Shown here: piece by piece, positions 53,804 to 64,000 of the stretch | Numbering within the stretch: position 1 is the stretch's first letter | How the letters are laid out: the number at the start of each line of letters is the position of its first letter | From: Geosiphon pyriformis uo1 | Taxonomy: Eukaryota; Fungi; Glomeromycota | Direction of reading: 5' to 3' | Assembly: GCA_016748015.1 (NCBI GenBank) | Contig: JAAOMT010000495.1 | Coordinates: 1-64,000, forward strand | DNA length: 64,000 bases | The notes under the pieces: generated by a model | What the model was told of the DNA's origin: nothing | Databases searched by the model: none | What the model saw: the letters and a program-made list of their open reading frames with translations, nothing else | Program-made: the position numbers and the translations under genes

Positions 53804-54034
53804 ATAACTACTACCTTTATAATGCTCTTCTTTCTAGTTCTTGGTGATGACACTTCTGACAACATTTTCAAAGTCGAAATCAAAAAGGAAAATTCAGGAA
53901 GAAAGCCAAAGAAAATTATCAAAAAAATTGCCTTTTTAGATCATATTGCCATGAACGAACTCGTACTCTAAAGATTAACATTTCTACCAGAAAGGAAAGA
54001 AAATACTTTGACTCAAAATCTTTTTCTATTGTGA
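53804..54034 (+). pseudogene. Crinkler N-terminal (ubiquitin-like header) remnant
   Basis: (ATA)TTTFIMLFFLVLGDDTSDNIFKVEIKKENSGRKPKKIIKK..DHIAMNELVL*RLTF fits the fungal CRN header pattern LFCLVxG..F.V.I.....LK..IK.....L.LWKV. Start ATG appears as ATA and the Trp codon as TAA. Confidence 0.6.
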
Positions 54035-54382
54035 ATTTTAGCACAAAGAATTTAATTCATCATTAAAAATCTCAATAATTATCACCAATGCATATAATAA
54101 TTTAACTCTTTTTAGTAGTTTTTTGGCGAACAAAATTCAATTTTGAAAACCTCTTTGGACAAGATATGTGATATGTGATCGGAAATTTTTTTTTCAAAAA
54201 GAGGTTAAAAATCATATTTTTCTATGATTTAATTTGTTTATTTTGTTTAAATAAATAGTCTAAAAAAAACCCCCATTTAAGCTCGATCTATAGGATTTTT
54301 TGTTTATTAGATGTTCAAAAAAATTATAAATACATGTAATACGCACAAAACTCTTTTTTATAATTATTAAAAACTTAGAAAA

Positions 54383-55567
54383 ATGGCTTCTTTTAATAAT
54401 CAAATATCATTCAAGGTCGATTTTCTGAGAAAATTAAATATTATTTTCGCAATTTTTATGGCATCAGTTTTTTATTTTTTGATTCATGAAAATCATAGCA
54501 GTTGGATAGCCTCTAAAATAATTCAAAAGTATAGAAAACCAGATATAAACTACACCTCATCCACTACTATGATTAATTGGATAAATCAAAATGATATCCC
54601 AGTAAAAATTGATCAAACCAAAAAGCGGTCACAATCACAACATAAAAGCCGAATTTCATCTAATAGTGTTGAGTTAAATATCTCCTCGTATATTGCATTC
54701 ATAATAAATGCTCTGGACTGCCTCGGTCTAAATAATGTCGGCTCAAGAGTGCCTGGTTTAGAAATAAAAGGTTTTTAAATTCCTAAAAAAAAAATAGTTT
54801 TTAAGTGAAGGTTTTATAAAAAAAACTAACATACATCTTTTTTAAAAAATACTGTTCATTAGTGGAAATTCAATTCTACTTACATTCACCAAGTTATAGC
54901 GCTTTAATCATAATGTTTGCAGCACCAGTAAATTATTTCAATCTCTTTAATTTTTTAATCAAATAAAATTTTGAGATAATAATGCTTCTTTATTTATATT
55001 AGAAATTAACGAAAACACAATGGGCTTCTAGAAACTCAAGACAAGTGCCACTTCAGTTGAACAATGGTCTAAAGTTTAACGAAAAAATTCGTGTAGACTC
55101 ACAATTATTGAAAGATGTGAATTTATTATTCCCTATTTTAGTTCAACGTATTAAATCTTATTTAAAGAAATTTTCAAAAGTAACTAAATTGAGTGATGTT
55201 ATATTTACGGGTCATGGTCTTGGTGGAGGTTCGTTTTTAAAAAATTATCTATTTTTAAAAGTTTAAAGTGAGAATTATTTATTTTTTTAACATTAAATTT
55301 TTTTTAACTATAAACTTGTATATATAAGCATATGCCTGTATTGCTGCATTTATGTGGGCATTTGAAAGATTTGATATCATAATGAATAATCTTTGGCCGG
55401 ATATTAATTTAAACGGAATAGGCCAGGGTATTTATACTTATGGAGCTCCGAGAGTTGGAAATAGGTACCTTAGCTTTATCCTCAACCAAGCAATCGTTCA
55501 TCGCCGTATTACCCATGGAAATGATCATGTCCCGCACTTTCCTTCTTCTTCTTCTTTTTCTTCCTCT

Positions 55568-55599
<32 letters not shown>

Positions 55600-56035
55600 T
55601 TCTTCTTCTTCTTCTTCTTCTTCTTCTTCTTCTTCTTCTTCTTCTTCAACGGAGTGGACACATTTTGGTACTGAAATTTGGATTGAGCCATTGAGTAATT
55701 GTGACTGTCCTGATGACCCAAATACGTATTGGGATTGTAATTTTTCTGAGTTGTCTTTATTTCATAAAGAAGCATGGGCCGATTCGCAGTATTCTGAAGA
55801 GAATATGGTTAGTATTAATATCTATATTGAATTAAGAACTTTTCGATAAAGGTGTTAAAAAATTAGATTTTTATTTTAGGGGTGTAATGCTGGTCAATCA
55901 ATTAACGAAGTTCCGAACAAATTATTTCATAATGGGCCTTATTTTGGGGTTGAAATGGGCAATTGCGAATCAATCAGTAAGTTAGGGAATTTTGAAGAAG
56001 CTCTAAAAAATTATCGAAATAGAGATAATAATTAG
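54383..56035 (+). CDS. Class-3 lipase-like protein, Ser->Gly, with poly-Ser insertion (L10), 5 exons
   Basis: Close paralog of L9 (same introns, KRSQS, WP.I.LN.IG, RITHGNDHVPHFPS, EIWIEPL, FHNGPYFG); elbow FTGHGLGG. Confidence 0.88.
55544..55648 (+). repeat. Coding (TCT)n microsatellite, ~35 codons poly-Ser
   Basis: In frame within the L10 exon, between HFP and TEWTH. Confidence 0.92.
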
Positions 56036-59000
56036 CAGTCAATATATATTTTTTGCTATAAATTCATTAATTTATTTCTATTTCGTGAATATTTTTACTT
56101 GAGTAGAAAAAAGTGCCTTTTTTCTTAAAAATATAGGAAATCGTTTTCTTTTTTCACTTGAAGGGATATTTTTTTTACAAAACTATGTCAAAAACCTGTC
56201 AATATAAAATAAATTTAAAAGTTTAGAATTAAATTTTATTAATTGATGTGAATTAATTTAATAATTTTTTATTTTGTAAAAATGCAAAATAATTAACTTT
56301 ATTAAAATTAATTTTCAGTTTATGTTTCAGTGAGAAAATTTTAAGTTTTAAAATGAATTTTATTTATTCTGTTTAATGTTTTTGAAATTTAACTTTTTTA
56401 AGATTCATACATAATAAATTATAGTAATGAATAGTGCTTTTGGGATGGGGCAATGTATTTTAGATCATGAATATATAAGATTTATCAGTGGTATAGAAAC
56501 AATTAATAAAATTTTACTTAAAGAAAGAAATTGATACATTAAAGCTTATAATGTAAATTTTCACCAAGTGTATTATTATCCAAGTTCCAAAATATGGATG
56601 AAAGCCTAAGTACGGTTCGTTTTTACTACCTATTTTGTGACCTTTTGTCTTTTAAGTCAAAGCATTTTAAATAAATAAAATTTTCACCTGATTGTGTTAT
56701 TATAGTTTTAGGAATAAATTGATCTTTGTCAGTCAAACTCAGATTTATAAATTATTTAATTCAACATTTATTTTGATAATTACAACAACATAACAAAACA
56801 ACTTAATATCTCAAATATCAAAAAAAAATATTTCACCTATTAAAGACAATATAAATTCTTCAGAGACTCAAAAATATAATTATAATACTCTCACTCTCGC
56901 ACAAAAAAATTAAACTTTGTAAAATTAAAAAATTAATCCATCACTTTTAATTTCTGGGTACATAATGCTTCAAAAGTTAGCAATTTTGCTCAGTTTATAA
57001 ATATTAACTATTTTTAAAGAACTCAAAGATGTTATTGGTTTCAAAAAACACTACAATATTAAAATGTGGGGAATCAAAAAATGCTTTTTAAATAATTTAT
57101 CACAATTTAGTGTAAAAATTTTTGAAAATGCTGAAAAAATTGTAATAAAAAGTAAAATAAGTCGAAAAAAGAGATAAATTCATTAATTTTAAACAGTTAA
57201 ATTTATTACTCTTTGGTTTTTTATTAATTATTAATATTAATATTATTTTTAATTATCTTATTTATTATTTTTTACATTTAAAATATAAGGAAAGAAATTT
57301 AGCAGAACCTTTCTTAAAAAAAGGTCAAGAATGTCTTTTTTCTGACAATTAATCAAACAATAGAAAACACTTTACTTGTTCTAATTATCAGATTAAAAGA
57401 GATTATTTTAATTCAAGGAATAATTTTACCTGTTTCCAGTGAGAAGAGTATAATTATTTTTGTGTATAGTTTTTTGTAAATAAAAATTAGAATGAAAATA
57501 TCAAATCTATAATTTTTATAATATAGATTTAAGTAACAATAATAATTTTGATTAATTTGAAAATCACTCATTTTAATAGCCACACTGATTATCATGTAAT
57601 TTAAAAACTTTGTAAACCAAAAATAAAATTGGATTAAGAAAATTCATCATGTATATAGTGTATGTACTTTGTTTTGAGTCAATAAAAAAAACTAACTTGG
57701 TCGGTCAAGTGAGCGCAAATGAACTATTTTTATATTTAAAATTTATAAAAGCATTAATATTATGAATATTTATTAAAAATGATTAAATCATATATTATTT
57801 AATGAAAACACTTCTTTTTACATATTAATTGATTAAATAAAATTTAGTATATTTAAATGTTTTACAGTTAATTTATATTTTAAAATTATTTTTAATTTTT
57901 AAATTAAATATTTTTGCCATATTAATTAAATTTTGTAAGAAATATTTTGTATATAAAACTGGTGTAAGTGAATTTTTATTAATAAATAAGTGGAAAAATA
58001 AAATGTTACTTTTTATTTTACATGTTAAAATTAATAATGTTTTACTATAATTGTTTAACCTAATAAATTGAATATCATTAAAATTTTATCTATAATTTTA
58101 ATTAATATTTTAGTAATCGTTGTGCTATAATATTATGTCAATAATTTGCAAGATATGAATCTATCCCACACATTTTTGTGAAAATCAATATTTAAAAATA
58201 TTTGGTTATAAAGTAATATAAAATTGTTTTTGTAATAATTATAAGCTATGCATATTGAGTAAAAGTTTATGATTATTGTTTTAAAATATGAAATTAATCT
58301 AAAAGTTTATTTTTAAGTTCTGAGTATTTGGAACATGCACCAATATTAAGTTGTTGAATATAAAGTATTATATGTATTAAATTTTTTTTAGTTTTTTCCA
58401 ATTATAAATTTGTTTACGTTGTTTGTATGCTATCTTTATTTTATTAATTTAATACAATTTTTCATTTTTTATGAATATTTTTTCAATGGTTTTTTATATA
58501 TATTTTTCGTTTGTTTTACATTAAAGTTTACTTATAATATTTTTTGTATATATCATTTCTTAAACATAAAATTTAATTTTAGAAATAAGGTTTTTGAATA
58601 AAAATTTGACTATTTTAAGCAATGCAAATAGCATTTTGATCCAAATTACATTTTTTATATATGCAAAAATATAAAATTATTATTTTAAAAAATTTTCAAT
58701 TTAACTGATTTAAAAAAAAAGAGACATTATTATAGTAGCAAAAATTACCAAAAAGTATTTATAAAAAAAAACGATGTTTTATGAATAACCAAAAAATTTA
58801 AAGTATTGGAAGTTACATTATTCAAAAATAAAGAATTTTGAATTGATAAAATTATTTACCAATCACTTATATTTTTTTCACTTTGCAAAAAAATTAAAGA
58901 ATTTTTTAATTTCTGTAACCAATAAAAAATAAATAAATGTGTATGGTGTATAGCATTTTTGTTAAGCAGTTAAAGATTGAACTATTATGTGGTCAAATTA

Positions 59001-59741
59001 GATTTTTTTGGTTTGGTTTTTATATTTTCATTTTTTTTGTTTCAATAGCTGATGTGATTTATTAAAAGAATTAGAAAAGTATGTCACCTTTATTTCTAAG
59101 AACTGAGAGGAAAAGATTTTGGGTTTCAAGAAGACAATAATTTTATTCATATTACAAAAGGTTTTTTTCAAAATGCGTACAACTTCTGTCATTGCCAGCT
59201 TAAAGTCCTAATTTGAAATGTTTAAGCCTTTATAAAAGTGAAACTAAAGTTTTGGAAATCTTAACAATCAAGCTTATATATATATATATATATATATATT
59301 GAAGGAATAATTTTATTTTTACTTTCACTAGAATTAGTTTATTTTTGCGGGTATAAATATATAATAGATTAAAAAATCTCAAGAATTTCATGATAAATTT
59401 CGTTCGTTATTTACAAAAAAAAAATGAATTTATTGACTTGCAATTTACTATCTATGGAAATATTTGATAACTATACATTTTAAATACTTAACAGTTTATC
59501 CGGTTATATTACTTTTAATATAGAGTTAACTAATACTTTATTTAGATTTCAGTTAGGGAATTATATTGCAATGGGAATATATAAATATTGAGATCGCCAA
59601 TATCTCGGAAATCTTCAAAATTCCATCTAATGGTTGAAAATTTCAAGTTAATAAATTATAGTACTCGAATAATCAACAGGTCTTTCTCTAAATAGATATT
59701 GAAATATCTTTTTTTTTTTCGCAAGAAATTTAGTGGGCGTA

Positions 59742-61203
59742 ATGATTTTCAATCACTTTTGGGAAAAAAAGAAAGAGTTCTTTGCAAGACAAATTATATT
59801 TCTTCTCATCCTTATTCTAGCTACTCTCGAAATCCTTATCAATGAAGTTGAAAAATATTACATAGTCAAAGTAAAATTACCTGAAAATAAGTTAACTTGG
59901 TCAAATAATCAAGACTTTTCTTATTTCTGGCCAGAAACACTCCAAAATAATAAGACTTTGAATAAACGTGAATTAATAGCAGCTGGCCCTTCAAGAGGTT
60001 TTGGTGGTAGCTCTAAAAAAAAATTCCCTCCTAAAACACTAGTTACAGATCCAGAGATTATAAATTTATTAAAAACGATGGCGTTCTGGGCAAATATACC
60101 GTATTGCACTCCTGACCAGAAGCTTGCAAAAAATTCTTTAGGATTAATTTGTAAGAAATATTTTTTTCAAGTTTGTAATTATTTAATTTAAGAAAAAAAC
60201 TATTTTCAATGGTTAAACTTTCATATTAAAAATTTTTTTTCTGATGGAAAGTTGATATTTCACTACAAATGATAGGAAAAAAGGAAGGAATAGTAATATA
60301 TTTCCGTGGTGAGTTTTGTAAAACTTCTCATTGAATTCACTATAATTCCAGCTTCAATATTTTTTTCTTCAAATTAAGGACCTGAACTTACTAGAAAGCA
60401 ATGGAATGATAGAAAATTTAATTTAGACTCGGATCGTAAAAAAAATTCTTGGCCAGTAGATTCTCAATGGTATGAAGTGATCAAAGGAACCATGGAAGCA
60501 TTGTCAAAGCGAATTGTACACCTTAGTTCCGAACTTACTGGCGATACGGTGTTCACATATTTTACAGGCCATGGAATAGGAGGAGGTAATGTTATATTTA
60601 AATTTGTGCAAATATAATAAAGTAAAATTAATTTTTATGTTTTTTGGATTATAGCATATGCTCTATATATAGGTCTTTTATCTGCACTACTGGTGGAAAA
60701 AAATACAGTACATAGAATAGCGCTCGTTGGTAAAAAAATGGATGTCACAGTTGTTACATTTGGACAACCAAGAGCGGGAAATTTTGAATTTGCACAGCGT
60801 GCCAATACTTACATGAGGTCAAAATTTTTCAAAATTTATCGTGTGACTCATTCAAATGATCATGTGCCACAGCGACCATATTTAGAGTCAACTTCAAAGC
60901 CTTGGTTGCATACCGATCGAGAATATTGGATTTCATTGAATTGTGATTGTTCGCAAAAAAAAGAGCCTGAATATGAACTTTTTCAATGTCCAGGATATTC
61001 TAATGCTGATTTTGAAAAATACGGAGAAAATAAGGTAATTCTATCAAGTTATTATTTTTCGAAAGTTTGACTTTATATTTATTTTATGATAACTTTAATA
61101 GGAATGTAATCTTGGTACTGACGGTGCAAGTAACACGGCTAATTATGGACCATACTTTGGAATTACTTTTGGAAAATGCGATGAGTTTTTTGAATTGAAT
61201 TGA
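59742..61203 (+). CDS. Class-3 lipase-like protein, Ser->Gly and His->Asn (L11), 5 exons
   Basis: Signal anchor IIFLLILILATL, NKR; WANIPYC; IYFRG|P; YFTGHGIGG; TFGQPRAGN; SNDHVP; HTDREYW; CDC; last exon ANYGPYFG. Confidence 0.88.
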
Positions 61204-61464
61204 TTGGTCTTAAAGTCAAGTATTATAGAATTATGCCGAATTGCTAATAACTCATATAAGTTAATTTTTAGATATAAAAAATACAAACTAGTTGCAACAC
61301 TCCTGTAATTTACTATTGAATAAAAGCAAAAATTAAAGTCGGATTTGAATTTCTCTATAAAGATTATAACAATCATTATGATTGAAACTTTATTTAATAT
61401 CTATTATAGAGTAAATTTATTGAAAAAACTTAATACTTTAACAAATAGTCTAAAATATTATCTC

Positions 61465-61830
61465 ATAATTGTAAGTTTTAAGAGTAATCTGGACCTATAA
61501 ATCCTGGTCAATCTGATTATCTAGGAATCCATAAATAAATAGTTCAATAATAATTTTTGATCACGATACTAGGGAAGCCTTTCTTAAGTTGATGCGACCA
61601 ATTTTTTGCTCATATCAATGACTCTTATGAAGTTTATACGATTGGATATGGGTTAAGTGATATGACCGATAGTTTGCTTTTATAATGACAATTCCTCTCA
61701 ATCAATATTAAATATTATCTGACTTTCAATGTTTAACTAGTCCGTGAAAATTCTAAAACCTAAAATTCTCAACGTTTACAAATTTAGAATGCTTAATATT
61801 GGAAATGAAAATTTTGCAAAGCATACAGCA
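61465..61830 (+). pseudogene. Decayed partial duplicate of L2 (exon 2-intron-exon 3)
   Basis: Colinear with 3391-3824 through shared strings such as GTAATCTGGACCTATA, ATCCTGGTCAATCT, AGTTGATGCGACCA, TCTTATGAAGTT.ATACGATTGGATATGG and ATTGGAAATGAAAATTTTGCAAAGCA; many deletions. Confidence 0.85.
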
Positions 61831-61835
61831 AACTG

Positions 61836-62900
61836 CTTAGACTTGAATGATTATAGTATTTCGGTTGACAGTTTAAGTGAAAAACCTCGGAATAAAAATA
61901 AGCTGGATAAGAATTTCTCAGAAGGTTCATTCCCTATCATTAGAACATGAATTATCAAGCGACTTGACGGGTAGCCCGAATAATGATTCCTTTGAAATAT
62001 TATTTTATAAAGGTGAAGAATCACACAATTTTTTTTAGTATTTAGGCTCTGTTATTTGATAGGAGTTTTTTGTAAGTCTTTGTCCACGGTATTTTATTTG
62101 AAATTTTTCTTGTCTAAAAATCAGTTCACCAAATTCAGTGACCAGCAAATGAACGAGAAAAAGATTTTCACAAGTCAATTTATTCCCAATGTAAATAATG
62201 CCTTTGTTCACGAACTTACTTATAAGACCTTCTTAATATCCCAGAAGGAGATTTTAATAAAGTTAAAGCAACTTTTTGGCAAGGATTTGGCACCCAATTT
62301 TCACTTTTAAAGTCATAGCATTGATGCTGATATAAAATTATTAACTTGCACTTGTTGTTTTCTTGGTTTAACTTTGCACTGTAAATACTTTTAGTAAATT
62401 TTTTTGGCTCCATTATATGCTTTTATTAGCCGCATTAACCACAATGAGAACATTCAAATATGCAAAAATTGGGAGTTTTTACATTCGGCCAATATCGTAC
62501 TGGAAATTGGGCTTTTGCATACTATATCAATACTCTAATTGGACGAAAAAAACTAATGATTTACAGGATTACGCAACGTTTTGACAGGATAGTGCAGTGG
62601 CAACCATGGATAATTAATAGAAAATATAAGCATCATGCATTAGAATAATTCATCGTTAGCTCAAATATCATCAATTTCTGCTATAATGAAGAGAAAATGA
62701 AAGAGAATTGTGTATGTTAAATTTTATACATAATGTTAGATGGTTTTACAGTAAAAAAAAATATATTTTTATCATTTCCGACTTTTTTATAGACCTGTTC
62801 GCTAAATTCTAATCCTAATTATTCAATTAAACATTCTGAGTATTCTAACATACACAATGGTCCATATTATGGACTAATGATGGGGCAATTGCAAATAATT
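61836..62900 (+). pseudogene. Class-3 lipase-like pseudogene (L12)
   Basis: FIPNVNNAFVHE; decayed elbow HF*SHSIDA (62302-62328); FTFGQYRTGN; FDRIV; HHALE*; last exon NIHNGPYYGLMMG. Confidence 0.8.
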
Positions 62901-64000
62901 TTTAGCATCCCTAAAAGTTAAAACTGGTCTAATAATATTATTATTACATGTTAAAATAACAAGGTAAAAAATAGCAGAGAGAGTAATAATAAAATTAAAT
63001 AAGAAATAAAGAAAGCAAATTGAATATTTTAATTAAGGGAATAAATTTTGGGATATCAAAAAAAAATAAAAGCATAGGTTATAAATGTCACATAATATAA
63101 TTTTATTATTTTAACGGCAAATCTTAAAATTTAATATTAATTTTGTTTTATTCAAAATCATTTCTCAAATAAAAATTATAGAAATATTTCTCAAGTTAAT
63201 TTTAATAATACAATTTTCAAAGAAAAAAAGATTAATTATTTTGTTTATAAGACTAAAAAAAAAAGAAAATGTTTCGGAGTTTAATATCATCAATTTGTGA
63301 AATATAAATTATTAAAGAATAAATTTGATTACTAAACAATTGAATTATTAAGATTAAGTCTAATTTATTGTGTTTAAAAAATACTCTTAGAGGTGAATTT
63401 GAATTATGTGTAAAATAAGAAAACTTTGTAAATTCATTCTAATAAATTTATGAGTTTTTCACTTTTAAAATTTATATAAACATCTAAAATATATCTATTA
63501 AAGGAGTTAAATTTATTTGCTCTTTCTTCGAATTCCTCCAATTCAAGTGAACTGAAATTGACACCCATCTCTTCTGCTTTTCGCGCAAAAATAAAACCAT
63601 CAGAAAATATAAATTTAAACGATAATTGAATGCTATAGAATTCACAAAAATCTATTATCTGTAACTTTCAAATTACTTTCTTTAAAGGTAATTTTCTTGA
63701 TTAGAATATTTTTTCGTGTAAATAATGAATATTAATATAAAACTGGAGTAAAAATTCAATTATTTTAATTTTCCTGCTTTCGAATCTTTTTCCCTCAATT
63801 TATGGGCGCTTTTAAAAAATTGTTTTTTACCTCTTTTTCTGCAATTTTAGATTTTCTATTCATTGAGAAATACCATTTTTCATATTTTTTTTCTAATAAC
63901 AGAATTGCAACTATAAAACTGATGGAAGTGGGAAATCAGCTCACTATAGCCCATATTTTCAGAATTTGCGTCTACACCTTCCTTTTAAACGATCAAACAT

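Noticed and set aside
55440-55775. Poly-Leu (+) and poly-Lys (-) ORFs
   Set aside because: Alternative frames of the (TCT)n repeat inside L10.

Overview
Very AT-rich eukaryotic nuclear DNA with short GT-AG introns, most likely from a Glomeromycotina/Mucoromycota fungus. This is inferred from the CRN-type genes, the lipase_3 expansion and the Mollicutes-style cargo, and would fit Geosiphon or a relative. (1) The window is dominated by a dispersed tandem array of about 12 class-3 lipase-like genes. All nine intact or near-intact copies have lost the catalytic serine (GHSxG to GHG/GHA/GYG) and the oxyanion-hole Ser/Thr, while mostly keeping the Asp, His and Cys residues. (2) A 6.36-kb Sola-like DNA transposon (6517-12878; 34-bp TIRs, AAAT TSD) carries a spliced fungal Crinkler-type REase-kinase gene, a transposase and a HAD-like gene. 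The last two read TGA as Trp (genetic code 4), which points to passage through a Mollicutes-related endobacterium. (3) A six-exon gene encodes a GBP/atlastin-like GTPase fused to a triple-repeat MABP-like beta-prism domain. (4) Also present: tRNA-Gly(GCC), a candidate small secreted Kex2-processed peptide, an internally deleted Tc1 element, a CRN header pseudogene, and about 9 kb of extremely GC-depleted, decayed repeat DNA. Exon models were assembled by eye and family calls come from motif recognition, not database searches.
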